A DNA stretch of 64,000 bases from an uncultured cyanobacterium (GTDB lineage Bacteria; Cyanobacteriota; Cyanobacteriia; PCC-6307; Cyanobiaceae): NCBI GenBank assembly GCA_963697335.1, contig CAVONQ010000006.1, positions 32,001 to 96,000 of the forward strand. Reading direction: 5' to 3'. Shown in pieces: positions 39,142 through 50,392 of this stretch (position 1 is the first letter of the stretch; each line of letters opens with the position of its first letter). Made by a program: the position numbers and the translations under genes. The notes below the pieces were generated by a model. It made no database searches. It was not told the origin of the DNA and was given only the letters and a program-made list of their open reading frames with translations.

Positions 39142-41319
39142 GTGTCCACCTTTCTGCTGGAAATCGGAACCGAGGAGCTGCCGGCCGATTTCGCCCGGTT
39201 GGCCGTGCCCCAGCTGGAGGCGCTGGTCGGCCGCGACCTGGCTGACCAGCGCCTCAGCCATGGCCGCCTGCAGGTGACCAGCACGCCCCGTCGCCTGGCC
39301 GTGCTGGTGGACGGGCTGCCCGCCTGCCAGAGCGAGCGCCGGGAGGAACGCAAGGGGCCGCCGGCCAGCCAGGGATTCAGCGACGGCGTGCCGACCCAGG
39401 CGGCCCTTGGCTTTGCCCGGCGCTGCGGCGTTGAGCCTTCGGCGCTGGAGGTGCGCCCCACGGCCAAGGGGCCGTTCGTGTTTGCGCGCCTGCTGGAGCC
39501 GGGCCGCCCCACGCCGGAGGTGTTGGCGGAGTGCATCCCCGGCTGGATCCAGGCGCTCCAGGGCCGTCGCTTCATGCGCTGGGGGGAGGGGGACTTCCGC
39601 TTCTCAAGGCCCGTCCGCTGGCTGGTGGCCCTGCTTGATGCCGAGGTGCTGCCGGTGCTGCTGCCGGGCAGCGATCCCGAAGTGAAGGCCGATCGCCTCA
39701 GTCGGGGGCACAGGCTGCACCCACAGCCGGTTTCGATCGCCGCGGCGGATCAATACACAGCAAGCCTCGCCGCGGCGGGGCTGGAGGTGGACCGGCAGGC
39801 CCGCGGCGAGCGGATCAGCCAGGGCATCCAGCAGGCCGCCGAGGCCCTGGGGGGCCGGCCGGATCTGCCCCAGGAGCTGCTCGAAGAGCTCACCGATCTG
39901 GTGGAGCAGCCCCTGCTGCTGCAGGGAGCGGTGGACCCGGCCTACCTGGTCCTGCCGGCCGAGGTGCTCTGCACCGTGATGCGGGCCCACCAGCGCTATG
40001 TGCCCCTCTACCGGCGCGGCGCCGAGGTGGATCCCCTCGCCTTCGAGGCCCGCGATGTGCTGCTGCCCGCCTTTCTCTGCGTGAGCAATGGCTCGCCTGC
40101 TGCCCTCGACACCGTGCGCCGCGGCAACGAGCGGGTGCTGCGGGCCCGGCTCGCCGATGCCCGCTTCTTCCTGGAGGCGGATCGGGCCGTGTCCAGCCTG
40201 GAACGGCGCGACCAACTGGCCCGGGTCACGTTTGCCGAAGGCCTCGGCTCGCTGCGCGACCGGGTGGAGCGGCTCGAGTGGTGCAGCCAGGAGTTGCTGC
40301 AGGCCCTGGCGCTGCCCCCGGCCGTTGCAGAGGTGGCCCTGCGGGCGGCCCACCTCTGCAAGCACGATCTGGTGAGTCAGATGGTGGGCGAATTCCCCGA
40401 GCTGCAGGGAATCATGGGCGCCAAGTACCTGCTGGCCGAGGGCCAGCCGCGGGCGGTGGCTCTGGCCGTGCTCGAGCACTACCTGCCGCGGGGCGCAGGG
40501 GATGACCTACCCCACAGCGATGCCGGGGCCCTGGTGGCACTGGCTGAGCGTCTGGAACTCCTGTTCAGCATCTTCGCCAAGGGTGAGCGGCCCAGCGGCT
40601 CCTCCGATCCCTATGGCCTGCGGCGGGCCGGCAATGGCCTGCTGCAGATTCTCTGGCAGCAGGGCTGGCGGCTGGATCTGGAGGCCCTGGTCCAGGCCGG
40701 CAGCAGCCACTGGGCACAGCTGTTTCCCGAATTCCAGATCGAGCCGGAGGCCCTGGCGGCCGATCTCAACGACTTTCTGGCCCTGCGCATCGCCAGCCTG
40801 CTGGAGGAGGAGGGCCTGGAGGCCGACCTGGTGGCCGCGGTGGCCGGAGCCGGGGTGCCGCGGCAGCGGCTGCTGGGCCATCCCGGTGCCGTGCGCCAGC
40901 GGGGGCTGTTGCTGCGGGAGCTGCGTCAGCAGGGCCGGCTGGCGCCGTTGCAGGCCGTGGTCACCCGGGCCGCCCGGCTGGCAGAGAAGGGAGAGCTCGA
41001 TGAGCACACGCTCAGCCCCGCCGGCGTGGTGGAGCCAGCCCTGTTCGAGAAGCCCAGTGAGGCGGCCATGCTCGCCGTGCTGCAGCGGCTTGAACCCCTC
41101 GCCCGGGAAGCTGCCCAGACGGCCAATTCACCTGACCTGGCGGCGCTGGCGGCGGCCCTGCAGGAGAGCGCTTCAGCCCTGGCCGCCTTCTTTGATGGCG
41201 ACAGCAGCGTGATGGTGATGGCTGAAGAGAGCCAGCTGCGCGCCAACCGCCTGGCCCTGTTGAGCGTGCTGCGCAACCAGGCGTCGGTGCTAGCTGACTT
41301 CAGCGCGCTGCAGGGATGA
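39142..41319 (+). CDS. glyS: Glycine-tRNA ligase beta subunit
   Basis: FLLEIGTEELP, TPRRLAV, GNERVLRARLADA, MVGEFPELQG, GSSDPYGLRR. Confidence 0.98.
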   Translation: MSTFLLEIGTEELPADFARLAVPQLEALVGRDLADQRLSHGRLQVTSTPRRLAVLVDGLPACQSERREERKGPPASQGFSDGVPTQAALGFARRCGVEPSALEVRPTAKGPFVFARLLEPGRPTPEVLAECIPGWIQALQGRRFMRWGEGDFRFSRPVRWLVALLDAEVLPVLLPGSDPEVKADRLSRGHRLHPQPVSIAAADQYTASLAAAGLEVDRQARGERISQGIQQAAEALGGRPDLPQELLEELTDLVEQPLLLQGAVDPAYLVLPAEVLCTVMRAHQRYVPLYRRGAEVDPLAFEARDVLLPAFLCVSNGSPAALDTVRRGNERVLRARLADARFFLEADRAVSSLERRDQLARVTFAEGLGSLRDRVERLEWCSQELLQALALPPAVAEVALRAAHLCKHDLVSQMVGEFPELQGIMGAKYLLAEGQPRAVALAVLEHYLPRGAGDDLPHSDAGALVALAERLELLFSIFAKGERPSGSSDPYGLRRAGNGLLQILWQQGWRLDLEALVQAGSSHWAQLFPEFQIEPEALAADLNDFLALRIASLLEEEGLEADLVAAVAGAGVPRQRLLGHPGAVRQRGLLLRELRQQGRLAPLQAVVTRAARLAEKGELDEHTLSPAGVVEPALFEKPSEAAMLAVLQRLEPLAREAAQTANSPDLAALAAALQESASALAAFFDGDSSVMVMAEESQLRANRLALLSVLRNQASVLADFSALQG

Positions 41320-41346
41320 GGCTCAGGCGGCAGGCGCCTGGCTGGA

Positions 41347-42756
41347 TCACTTGCCGGCCAGCACCGGTTCCCGTTCCGGATCGGCTGACTTGCCCTTGCC
41401 TGTGCCGCTGGCCGCGGTGGCAGTCGCCTGGGCAGCCAGTTCGCCGCGCATCTTGATCCCGCCCTTGATCGTGCTCACGGCCAGCATGGCGGTCACCTCA
41501 TCGTCATCGCGCACAGCGCTGTCAACGGGTTTGTAGGTCTGGGGGGCGAGGGCGTTGCCACGCAGCACGGCGGCCATGGTGAGCACGGTGAGCTTGATCT
41601 GCTGCCACGGGTTCATCGCCACGACCCGCTTATAGAGGTAGCTGTCAAAGGTGAGGCGCTGCACATCCTTGTCATCACACATCTCCACGAAGGCTTCCCG
41701 GGCAGCGTCGTTGGAGTAGAAGATGTTCTGCAGAATCTCGAGCACTTTGTAGGTGGCGCCGTACTGGCGATCCCAGGTCTTGATGTACTTCTTGAGATCG
41801 GACTCAGTGGGAATCCGCTGACCCGCCTGGCTGCTGGCCACGATCTGCTCAGCGCACATGCGGCCACTCTTTGCGGCGAAGTAGATGCCTTCGCCCGAGC
41901 TCTTGGTCACGTAGCCGGCGGCATCACCCACCAGGGCCATGCGGCCCACCACCCGGCGCGGCCTGGGGTGCTCGGGTATCGGGTGGGCTTCCACCTTGAT
42001 CACCTCGCCATTCACCAGCCGCTTGCGGGCCCGCAGCCGGATGCCTTCCTGCAGGCCCTTGATCAGCGACTGGTTGTTCTGCATGGTGCCGGTGCCGACG
42101 GCCACATGGTCATACTTGGGGAAGACCCAGGCATAGAAGTCGGGCGAGACGTCGGTGCCGACATACATCTCGGCCAGGTCTTCGTAGTAGCTCATCTCCT
42201 TGGCCGGCAGGCGGATGCGCTCCTGGAAGGCGATGGCCACGTTGTAGTCGCCGGCATCCATGGCCTTGGCCACGCGGCTGTTGGCGCCATCGGCGCCCAC
42301 GATCAGGTCCACCTCGAGGGTTTTGCTCTCGCCTGTGGCCTCACCGGAGCCGTAGTCGGAGTAGGTGAGGGTGTAGGGGCCCTGGCGGTTGGCGCCGGTG
42401 TCGATCTTGGTGACGAGACCGTTGACAAGTTGGGCGCCGAGGCCAGCGGCGCGGTCGCGCAGGAAGGAGTCGAGCACCTCCCGACGGCACATACCGATGT
42501 ATTCGTTCTTGTTGTCCAGATGAATATCCACCTCCCGATTGGAGGGGGAGATCATGCGCATGTTCCGAACCTTGCGATCGATGATCGAATCGGGCAGGTC
42601 GAATTCGGACACCATGCAGAGTGGAATTGCTCCACCGCATGGTTTGGCGTTGTCGAGCTTGCGCTCAAAAATCCACGTCTGGATACCGGCCTTGGCAAGC
42701 ACCTCGGCGGCACAGGACCCACTGGGGCCACCGCCCACCACTGCGACACGCAACAT
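41347..42756 (-). CDS. chlP: Geranylgeranyl reductase
   Basis: VAVVGGGPSG, AKPCGGAIP, GADGANS, FYAWVFPK, GDAAGYVTKSSGEGI. Confidence 0.98.
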   Translation of the reverse strand: MLRVAVVGGGPSGSCAAEVLAKAGIQTWIFERKLDNAKPCGGAIPLCMVSEFDLPDSIIDRKVRNMRMISPSNREVDIHLDNKNEYIGMCRREVLDSFLRDRAAGLGAQLVNGLVTKIDTGANRQGPYTLTYSDYGSGEATGESKTLEVDLIVGADGANSRVAKAMDAGDYNVAIAFQERIRLPAKEMSYYEDLAEMYVGTDVSPDFYAWVFPKYDHVAVGTGTMQNNQSLIKGLQEGIRLRARKRLVNGEVIKVEAHPIPEHPRPRRVVGRMALVGDAAGYVTKSSGEGIYFAAKSGRMCAEQIVASSQAGQRIPTESDLKKYIKTWDRQYGATYKVLEILQNIFYSNDAAREAFVEMCDDKDVQRLTFDSYLYKRVVAMNPWQQIKLTVLTMAAVLRGNALAPQTYKPVDSAVRDDDEVTAMLAVSTIKGGIKMRGELAAQATATAASGTGKGKSADPEREPVLAGK

Positions 42757-42889
42757 CAGTTGAATGCTCCGCCAAAAAAGCTCTGGTGCGAAACTAACAC
42801 CGCTGCATGGTCTGGCGGGGGGATTGGCGGTTTCGCCAAGGCGATTGTGATTTGCCGCCGGCAACCACCGGCCCAAGTGGACGCAATTG

Positions 42890-42921
42890 CTTGCACCAAA
42901 AAAGCCGAATCGTGGTGCAAG
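42890..42921. promoter_or_regulatory. 9-bp perfect inverted repeat in the chlP upstream region
   Basis: CTTGCACCA-N14-TGGTGCAAG within an AT-enriched divergent intergenic region. Confidence 0.5.
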
Positions 42922-43001
42922 TATGACGAAGCTGTAACAATTTAATGGGTTGAGCTGGGGCAGCGGGTCCGCTTCCATGGGCTGTGTGATGCGGCCCTGG
43001 C

Positions 43002-43763
43002 GTGGCGCTGAACCCCAGACTGCCCACCCACCGCTCCCCAGGCGTCGTGCAGCCCGATGACATCCCCATGGCGCGTCGGCAGGCGCCTGCGGCGCCGCCC
43101 AGCCGCCCGATCGCGCGGCTGGGGCGCCTTGCCCTCTCTCTGGTGGTGGTGCTGGTGGCGGGGGGACTGCTGTTGCCCCAGGGCCGCCAGGCCCTGCAGC
43201 GCTGGTTGGCCCCCAGGCCGGTGGAGGGCCTCGATGCCACCCAGACCGCCGATGGCCGCTTGCTGGGTCACTTTCCCTACGGCGAGGCCGACCCCGCCGC
43301 CCTGGTGAGCGTGGCGCCGGGCCAGCAGCTGCATCGCGATGCCGCTGATGCCCTGGCGGCCATGCGCCGGGCCGCGCAGGCCGACGGCATCTCCCTGGTG
43401 CTGCTGAGTGCCTACCGCTCCAAGGCCCTGCAGCAGGAGCTCTTTTTCGATGTGAAGGCGGAGCGCAACCAGAACGCCCGCGAGCGGGCCGAGGTGAGCG
43501 CGCCGCCCGGGTTCTCCGAACACAGCACCGGCTACGCCATCGACCTGGGCGACGGCCGCATGCCCCAGACCCACCTCTCCGAGGGCTTTGCCGCCACCCA
43601 GGCCTTCCGTTGGCTGGAGGACCATGCCCAGCGGTTCCACTTCACCCTGTCGTTTCCTGCAGGCAACCCCCAGGGTGTGAGCTACGAACCATGGCACTGG
43701 CGCTTCGAGGGCACGGCCGAAGCCCTGAAAGTGTTTGAGCCCGCCCAGCGGCTGGCCCCCTGA
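43002..43763 (+). CDS. D-Ala-D-Ala carboxypeptidase (M15B, VanY-like)
   Basis: LSAYRS, SAPPGFSEHSTGYAID, YEPWHWRF; N-terminal TM; start 43002 or 43068. Confidence 0.9.
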   Translation: MALNPRLPTHRSPGVVQPDDIPMARRQAPAAPPSRPIARLGRLALSLVVVLVAGGLLLPQGRQALQRWLAPRPVEGLDATQTADGRLLGHFPYGEADPAALVSVAPGQQLHRDAADALAAMRRAAQADGISLVLLSAYRSKALQQELFFDVKAERNQNARERAEVSAPPGFSEHSTGYAIDLGDGRMPQTHLSEGFAATQAFRWLEDHAQRFHFTLSFPAGNPQGVSYEPWHWRFEGTAEALKVFEPAQRLAP

Positions 43764-43839
43764 TCTGGGGTCGCCCCCGCATGGGCATGGAGTAGTCTGT
43801 TTTCTTGGCTACAGACTGAACCGTAGGAATTCTCAATTT

Positions 43840-45648
43840 ATGAGCGGCGCACATTCAGGCACGCCGATTCGCAACATTGCGATCATTGCCCACGTCGACC
43901 ACGGCAAAACCACCCTCGTCGACGCGCTGCTGGCCCAGTCGGGCATCTTCCGCGACAACGAGGCCGTGCCCACCTGCGTGATGGACTCCAACGATCTGGA
44001 GCGGGAGCGCGGCATCACGATCCTGAGCAAGAACACGGCGGTTGATTTCGAAGGCATTCGCATCAACATCGTCGACACCCCTGGCCACGCCGATTTCGGC
44101 GGCGAGGTGGAGCGCGTGCTGGGCATGGTGGATGGCTGCCTGCTGATCGTGGACGCCAACGAGGGGCCCATGCCCCAGACCCGTTTCGTGCTGAAGAAGG
44201 CCCTGGAGAAAGGGCTGCGTCCGATCGTCTTCGTCAACAAGATCGACCGGGCCAGGGTGGATCCGGAGATCGCCGTGGACAAAGTGCTCGACCTTTTCCT
44301 CGAGCTCGGTGCCGACGATGACCAGTGCGATTTCCCCTACCTGTTCGGCAGCGGCATGGCCGGCTACGCCAAGCCGGACATGAAGACCGAGAGCGACACC
44401 ATGCGTCCGCTCTTCGACGCGATCCTGCGCCATGTGCCGCCCCCGGTCGGCGACCCTGAAAAACCGCTTCAGCTGCAGGTCACCACCCTCGACTACAGCG
44501 ATTTTCTGGGCCGGATCATGATCGGCCGCATCCATAACGGCACCATCAAGGCCGGCCAGCCCGCCGCCCTGCTACGCGATGACGGCAGCGTCAAGCGTGG
44601 CCGGATCAGCAAGCTGCTGGGCTTCCAGGGCCTGCAGCGGGTGGAGATCGCCCAGGCCAGCGCCGGCGACCTGGTGGCCGTGTCCGGTTTCGATGAAGTG
44701 AACATCGGCGAGACGATCGCCTGTCCGGACAATCCCGAGGCGCTGCCGTTGATCAAGGTGGATGAGCCCACCCTGCAGATGACGTTCGTCATCAACGACT
44801 CCCCCTTCGCCGGCAAGGAGGGCAAATTCGTCACCAGCCGTCAGGTGCGCGATCGGCTGCAGAAGGAGCTGCTCACCAACGTGGCCCTGCGGGTGGAGGA
44901 CACCGACTCCCCCGATCGCTGGTCGGTGAGCGGCCGGGGTGAGCTGCACCTCGGCATCCTGATCGAAACCATGCGCCGCGAGGGCTATGAGTTCCAGGTG
45001 AGCCAGCCGCAGGTGATCTTCCGCACCATCGATGGCACCCCCAGCGAGCCCTACGAAACCCTGGTGCTTGACGTGCCGGAAGCGTCCGTGGGCGCCTGCA
45101 TCGAGAAGCTCGGCATCCGCAAGGCGGAAATGCAGAACATGGAGACCACCAGTGACGGCCGCACCCTGCTGGAGTTCGTGGTGCCGGCCCGCGGCCTGAT
45201 CGGCTTCCGCGGGGAGTTCATCCGTGCCACCCGCGGCGAGGGCATCATGAGCCACTCCTTCCTGGATTACCGGCCCATGCAGGGCGACGTGGACACCCGC
45301 CGCAGCGGCGTGCTGATTGCCTTCGAGGAGGGTACGGCCACCTTCTATGCCCTCAAGGGCGCGGAGGATCGCGGCCAGTTCTTCATCACCCCCGGCACCA
45401 AGGTGTACAAGGGCATGATCGTGGGTGAGAACAGCCGGCCCCAGGATCTCGAGCTCAACGTCTGCAAGGCCAAGCAGGTGACCAACATCCGCTCGGCCGG
45501 CGCCGAGGTGCTCGACACCCTGCAGGCGCCGGTGCAGATGACCCTGGAGCGCGCCCTCGAGTACATCGGTCCCGATGAGATGCTCGAGGTGACGCCCGAG
45601 TCGATCCGGCTGCGCAAGCTGCCCTCCAAAAAGGCAGCCAAGCGCTGA
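43840..45648 (+). CDS. typA: Translational GTPase TypA/BipA
   Basis: [54 protein letters not shown]. Confidence 0.99.
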   Translation: MSGAHSGTPIRNIAIIAHVDHGKTTLVDALLAQSGIFRDNEAVPTCVMDSNDLERERGITILSKNTAVDFEGIRINIVDTPGHADFGGEVERVLGMVDGCLLIVDANEGPMPQTRFVLKKALEKGLRPIVFVNKIDRARVDPEIAVDKVLDLFLELGADDDQCDFPYLFGSGMAGYAKPDMKTESDTMRPLFDAILRHVPPPVGDPEKPLQLQVTTLDYSDFLGRIMIGRIHNGTIKAGQPAALLRDDGSVKRGRISKLLGFQGLQRVEIAQASAGDLVAVSGFDEVNIGETIACPDNPEALPLIKVDEPTLQMTFVINDSPFAGKEGKFVTSRQVRDRLQKELLTNVALRVEDTDSPDRWSVSGRGELHLGILIETMRREGYEFQVSQPQVIFRTIDGTPSEPYETLVLDVPEASVGACIEKLGIRKAEMQNMETTSDGRTLLEFVVPARGLIGFRGEFIRATRGEGIMSHSFLDYRPMQGDVDTRRSGVLIAFEEGTATFYALKGAEDRGQFFITPGTKVYKGMIVGENSRPQDLELNVCKAKQVTNIRSAGAEVLDTLQAPVQMTLERALEYIGPDEMLEVTPESIRLRKLPSKKAAKR

Positions 45649-45666
45649 CCGCCCCACTCCGGCACC

Positions 45667-46068
45667 ATGCTTGATCCCGAAGAGGTGGCTCTGCGGGGTG
45701 ATGGCCGGCTTGCCGAGGCCATCAGCCGCTTCAATGCCGGCGACTGGTACTCCTGCCACGACGGCTTTGAGGAGCTCTGGCACGAAACGGCCGGGGCCTG
45801 CCGCCCGGTTCTGCAGGGCCTCCTGCAACTGGCCGTGGGCCAGCTGCACCTGGAGCGGGGCAACCGCCGCGGGGCCACGATCCTCACCGGCGAGGGGCTG
45901 GGACGGCTGCGGGGTTGCGACGATGACGCCCTCGGCCTCGATCTGGCGGCCCTTCGCAGCAGTGCCGCGCTCTGGCTGCAGGCCCTGCAGGGACCAGACC
46001 AGGACCTGGCCCTGGAGCGACCCCGGTTGCTGCCGGCCGGAACGGCACCACCGCCCTCTGTAGATTGA
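45667..46068 (+). CDS. DUF309 family protein
   Basis: FNAGDWYSCHDGFEELW...QGLLQLAV..H...GN..GA. Confidence 0.88.
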   Translation: MLDPEEVALRGDGRLAEAISRFNAGDWYSCHDGFEELWHETAGACRPVLQGLLQLAVGQLHLERGNRRGATILTGEGLGRLRGCDDDALGLDLAALRSSAALWLQALQGPDQDLALERPRLLPAGTAPPPSVD

Positions 46069-46568
46069 GATTTGCGCTCCGGCGGCCCCGGTCCTTGCCT
46101 CTGTCCGCCTTCCGTCCCGCCCGCCTGACCCTGCTCGGTTTGGCTGTGCTTGGCTTCCAAGGCCTCGCTCTGGTGCAGGCAGGAGCCTGGGCCCAGCAGG
46201 TGGCCATGCCGGCTGCCGCCCCCGCGAAGGCTCCCCTGACTGGAGTGGTGACGATCGAATCCGACCTGCAGACCGCTGACAACGCCACCGGAATCCTCTC
46301 CGCCAGCGGCAATGTGCGCATCGTCTACGGCGATCAGGGCGTGGTGGCCACGGCCCGCCAGGCCCAGTACTTCAGCCGTGAGGGCCGCCTGGTGCTGAGT
46401 GGCGATGTGGACGTGCTTCAGGGGGATGGCAACAGCATCCGCGCCGAGCGGCTCGTCTACCTGGTGGAGAACGAGCGGCTGGTGGCCGAAGCCGCGCCCG
46501 GAGAGCAGGTGATCACCCTCTACCGCTTCCCCCCCGCCCAGGCTCCGGCCCCCGGCCCCCTGCCATGA
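46065..46568 (+). CDS. lptA: LptA/OstA-family LPS transport periplasmic protein
   Basis: Signal peptide; [28 protein letters not shown]; immediately upstream of lptB. Confidence 0.85.
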   Translation: MRFALRRPRSLPLSAFRPARLTLLGLAVLGFQGLALVQAGAWAQQVAMPAAAPAKAPLTGVVTIESDLQTADNATGILSASGNVRIVYGDQGVVATARQAQYFSREGRLVLSGDVDVLQGDGNSIRAERLVYLVENERLVAEAAPGEQVITLYRFPPAQAPAPGPLP

Positions 46569-47293
46569 CGCTGGAGCTGAAGCAGGTGGTGCTGGCCATC
46601 GGTGGCCGGGTGCTGGTGGACCATGTCTCCCTGCACCTCGAACCGGGCGAGGTGGTGGGCCTGCTGGGCCCCAACGGTGCCGGCAAGACCACCACGTTCG
46701 GTCTGGTGACGGGCCTGATCCGCCCCGACGCCGGGGCGGTGCTGCTCGATGGCCGCGAGATCAGCCGCATGCCGATGCCCCAGCGGGCTCGCCTGGGCAT
46801 CGGCTACCTGCCCCAGGAACCGAGTGTGTTTCGCCAGCTGGACGTGCGCAACAATCTGAGGCTGGCCCTGGAATCCAGTCGCACCCCCAGGCCTCTGCGC
46901 CGCGAGCGTCTCGAGAACCTGATCGAGGATTTTCACCTCAGTGCCTTTCAGCACCGCCGCGGCTACCAGCTCTCCGGCGGCGAGCGGCGGCGCACCGAGG
47001 TGGCCCGCGCCTTGGCGGTGGGGGCGGAAGGCCCCCGCTACCTGCTGCTGGATGAACCGTTCGCCGGGGTGGATCCGATTGCCGTGGCCGATCTGCAGGA
47101 GCTGATCCAGCAGCTGCGCGGCCGGCGCATGGGGCTGCTGATCACCGATCACAACGTGCGTGAGACCCTGGCCATCACCGATCGGGCCTACATCCTCTCG
47201 GAGGGAGCCATCCTGGCCTCCGGCACGTCCGAGCAGGTGGGGAACGATCCCCTCGTGCGCCGCCACTACCTGGGGGAGGGTTTCAGGCTGTGA
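46565..47293 (+). CDS. lptB: LPS export ABC ATPase
   Basis: [44 protein letters not shown]. Confidence 0.97.
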   Translation: MTLELKQVVLAIGGRVLVDHVSLHLEPGEVVGLLGPNGAGKTTTFGLVTGLIRPDAGAVLLDGREISRMPMPQRARLGIGYLPQEPSVFRQLDVRNNLRLALESSRTPRPLRRERLENLIEDFHLSAFQHRRGYQLSGGERRRTEVARALAVGAEGPRYLLLDEPFAGVDPIAVADLQELIQQLRGRRMGLLITDHNVRETLAITDRAYILSEGAILASGTSEQVGNDPLVRRHYLGEGFRL

Positions 47294-48480
47294 GCAGTAG
47301 CCCGCTGGCTCTCGATCGACTGCGGCGCCTGGGGCTGGCCCCCTGGCGGCGGCTACCGCTGCTGGATCGCTGGCTGCTGGGGGAGCTGTTCGGCCCGCTG
47401 GTGTACGGCGTCGCGGCCTTCACGGCGGTGTCGCTCTCGGTGGGGGCCGTGTTCGAGCTGGTGCGCCGGGTGGCGGAATCGGGCCTGCCGCTCGATGTGG
47501 CCCTGCAGGTTCTGGTGCTGGAGCTGCCCTCGTTTCTGGTGCTCTCCTTCCCGATGGCCACCCTGATGGCCACCCTGCTCACCTTCAGCAAGCTCGCCGG
47601 CAACAGTGAGCTCACCGCCCTGCGCAGCGTTGGGGTACCCACCTGGCGCATGGTCATGGCGGCGGTAGCCCTGTCGCTGGTGATGACGCTGCTCACCTTC
47701 AGCTTCAACGAAGCCGTGGTGCCCCGCACCCTGAGCCAGGCCGAGGCCACATTGAGCCGCGCGATCGGCAGAGCCGTGGCCGGCGAGCAGAAAGACAACG
47801 TGCTCTACTCCCGCTACGGCAGGGTCGAGCAGCCCGATGGCAGCACTCAGCGCGGCCTCACCCATATCTTCTATGCCCAGCGCTTCAACCAGGGGGTGAT
47901 GGAAGATGTGACGCTGGTGGACATGAGCCGTTCGGCCCAGCGGGTGATGCTCACCGCCAAGCGGGCCCGCTGGAGCGATGCTGAGGCCCAGTGGGAGTTT
48001 CTCGATGGTCGGGTGTTCGGCATTGGTGGCACCGATTCCGACGCGATCACCTCCGCGCGCTTCGATCGCTACCTCTATCCCCTCGGCAACCAGCCGATAC
48101 GGGTGGCCAAGCTGCCCACGGACGCCAACGAGATGACCATCGGCCAGGCCCGCACGGCTGAGCGGCTGCTGCGGGAATCGGGCGATGAGAAAGCAGCGCG
48201 GAAATTGCGGGTGAGGATCGAGGAGAAGTTCGCCTTCCCGGCCGTCTGCCTGGTGTTCGGCCTGATCGGCAGCAGCCTGGGGGCCAGGCCCCACTCTCGG
48301 AGCAGCCGCAGCCAGGGATTCGGCCTCAGCGTGCTGCTGATCTTCGGCTATTACCTGGTGGCCTTCAGCTTCAGCTCCCTGGGCGTCAAGGGCACTCTCC
48401 AGCCCTTGTTCTCCGCCTGGCTGCCCGTGGTGATCGGTCTGATCACCGGCCTCGTGCTGTTACGGCAGGCCAGCCGCTGA
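47290..48480 (+). CDS. LptF/LptG-family LPS export permease
   Basis: [39 protein letters not shown]. Confidence 0.92.
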   Translation: MSSSPLALDRLRRLGLAPWRRLPLLDRWLLGELFGPLVYGVAAFTAVSLSVGAVFELVRRVAESGLPLDVALQVLVLELPSFLVLSFPMATLMATLLTFSKLAGNSELTALRSVGVPTWRMVMAAVALSLVMTLLTFSFNEAVVPRTLSQAEATLSRAIGRAVAGEQKDNVLYSRYGRVEQPDGSTQRGLTHIFYAQRFNQGVMEDVTLVDMSRSAQRVMLTAKRARWSDAEAQWEFLDGRVFGIGGTDSDAITSARFDRYLYPLGNQPIRVAKLPTDANEMTIGQARTAERLLRESGDEKAARKLRVRIEEKFAFPAVCLVFGLIGSSLGARPHSRSSRSQGFGLSVLLIFGYYLVAFSFSSLGVKGTLQPLFSAWLPVVIGLITGLVLLRQASR

Positions 48481-48531
48481 CAGGCTGAGGCCATCACCAG
48501 CCAGACTGGCGCGTGAGTCTGCGCTGAAACC

Positions 48532-49467
48532 TTGCCCGATCTGCTCCACGATCCGGTTCTTGCCCTGGGCCTCGGCGCCTTTGCCCTGCTGCTGCTGGTG
48601 CTGCCCCTGGCGTTCTGGGCCCTGAGTGGCGGCCGAAACAGCTCCGTGGTGCGGGTGCTGATCGCCACGGCCAACCTCTGTCTCACCGCCCAGCTGGTGC
48701 TGCGCTGGATCGATTCCGGCCACTTCCCGATCAGCAATCTGTACGAGTCGCTCTGTTTCCTGGCCTGGGGCTGCACCCTCACCCAGCTGCTGGTGGAGCG
48801 CAGCTGGCCTTCACCGCTGGTGCCGGCTGCCGCCACCCCGATGGCCCTCGGCTGCGTGGCCTTCGCCAGCTTCGCCCTACCCGACCGCCTCCAGGAAGCC
48901 TCCCCCCTGGTGCCCGCCCTGCGTTCCAGCTGGCTGGTGATGCATGTGAGCGTGATCATGCTCAGCTACGCGGCCCTGCTGGTGGGGTCCCTGCTCTCCG
49001 TGGCCGTGCTGTTCACCGACCGGGGGCGGGCCCTGGAGCTGCGCAGCAGCTCGATCGGCAGCGGCGGCTATCGCCAGGCCCAGCTGGCCTGCGATGGTCC
49101 GGGTGCCATGGCGGCGCCGATGAAGCTCTCCAGCGTGTCGATTCCGATCGCCGAACAGCTCGACTCACTCAGCTACCGCACAATCACCGTGGGCTTTCTG
49201 CTGCTCTCGGTGGGATTGGTGAGCGGAGCGGTGTGGGCCAACGAGGCCTGGGGCAGTTGGTGGAGCTGGGACCCGAAGGAAACCTGGGCCCTGATCTGCT
49301 GGCTGGTGTATGCCGCCTACCTGCACACCCGCCTGATCCGCGGCTGGCAGGGTCGCCGCCCGGCGATCGTGGCCTCGGTGGGCCTGGTGGTGATCGCCGT
49401 CTGCTACATCGGCGTCAACCTGCTGGGCATCGGCCTGCACAGCTACGGCTGGTTCTTTGAGAGCTGA
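48532..49467 (+). CDS. ccsB: Cytochrome c biogenesis protein CcsB (CcsA/Ycf5, system II)
   Basis: [46 protein letters not shown]. Confidence 0.96.
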   Translation: MPDLLHDPVLALGLGAFALLLLVLPLAFWALSGGRNSSVVRVLIATANLCLTAQLVLRWIDSGHFPISNLYESLCFLAWGCTLTQLLVERSWPSPLVPAAATPMALGCVAFASFALPDRLQEASPLVPALRSSWLVMHVSVIMLSYAALLVGSLLSVAVLFTDRGRALELRSSSIGSGGYRQAQLACDGPGAMAAPMKLSSVSIPIAEQLDSLSYRTITVGFLLLSVGLVSGAVWANEAWGSWWSWDPKETWALICWLVYAAYLHTRLIRGWQGRRPAIVASVGLVVIAVCYIGVNLLGIGLHSYGWFFES

Positions 49468-49478
49468 GGGCTGAGAGA

Positions 49479-49505
49479 CCAGATCTCCCCCACGGGGGAG
49501 TCTGG
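49479..49505. terminator. Hairpin between convergent ccsB and rpe (possible bidirectional terminator)
   Basis: CCAGA(T)CTCCCC-CACG-GGGGAGTCTGG; no clear U-tract. Confidence 0.5.
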
Positions 49506-49518
49506 CCCGTTCAGCTGT

Positions 49519-50202
49519 TCAGACCGCCACCGGCGCCGGCCGGCGGCTCTGGCGGATGCCGGTGATGGCGTCGGCGTAGCTGGGCTGGTTGAACACGCCC
49601 GAGCCGCTCACGATCGCGTTGGCCCCGGCTTCGATCACCTTCCAGGCGTTCTCGGCCTTGATGCCGCCGTCCACCTCGATCCAGGGGTCGAGGCCCTTGG
49701 CGTCACACATGCGCCGAAGGTCACGAATCTTGTCCACCTGGCTGTCGATGAAGCTCTGGCCACCGAAGCCGGGGTTCACGCTCATGACGAGCACGAGATC
49801 ACAGAGCTCGAGGCAGTACTCGAGCGTGTCGATCGGGGTGCTGGGGTTCAGCACGGCACCGGCCATTTTGCCGAGATCGCGGATCTGGGCCAGGTTGCGG
49901 TGCAGGTGAGGGCAGGCCTCCACCTGCACCGAGATGATGTCGGCGCCCGCCTTGGCGAAATCAGCCACGTACTTTTCGGGCTCCACGATCATCAGGTGAA
50001 CGTCCAGCGGCTTGCTGGTCACCGGCCGCAGCGCCTGCACGATCAGGGGGCCGATGGTGATGTTGGGCACGAAGCGGCCGTCCATCACGTCCACGTGGAT
50101 CCAGTCGGCACCGGCCGCATCGACGGCCCGCACGTCATCCCCCAGCCGGGAGAAGTCGGCGGAGAGGATCGATGGTGACACCACCAGGGACTTGGTGCTC
50201 AT
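49519..50202 (-). CDS. rpe: Ribulose-phosphate 3-epimerase
   Basis: [42 protein letters not shown]. Confidence 0.99.
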   Translation of the reverse strand: MSTKSLVVSPSILSADFSRLGDDVRAVDAAGADWIHVDVMDGRFVPNITIGPLIVQALRPVTSKPLDVHLMIVEPEKYVADFAKAGADIISVQVEACPHLHRNLAQIRDLGKMAGAVLNPSTPIDTLEYCLELCDLVLVMSVNPGFGGQSFIDSQVDKIRDLRRMCDAKGLDPWIEVDGGIKAENAWKVIEAGANAIVSGSGVFNQPSYADAITGIRQSRRPAPVAV

Positions 50203-50392
50203 GGGACGGCCGCTGGGCTAGGGGAAATCCAGTGTAGTTAAGGCCCCGCCAGGCCCTTGAGCCCGGCCCCCGGCTGGCCGGGAGGCGCTGCCATCGCTGA
50301 TACAGTGAGGCCCGCTTCCTGACTGAGATTCCGCACAGCAGCTGCCATCTCAGGCCCGATCACGAAGCTTCCTCCCCTCTTGCCGGACCACT

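Noticed and set aside
42890..42921. NtrC binding site (TGCACCA...TGGTGCA)
   Set aside because: The spacer is far longer than in NtrC sites, and cyanobacteria use NtcA rather than NtrC/sigma54
36180..43763. VanX-like and VanY-like genes as a vancomycin resistance cluster
   Set aside because: They are unlinked, with no vanA/vanH/vanRS; these are ordinary cell-wall M15 peptidases
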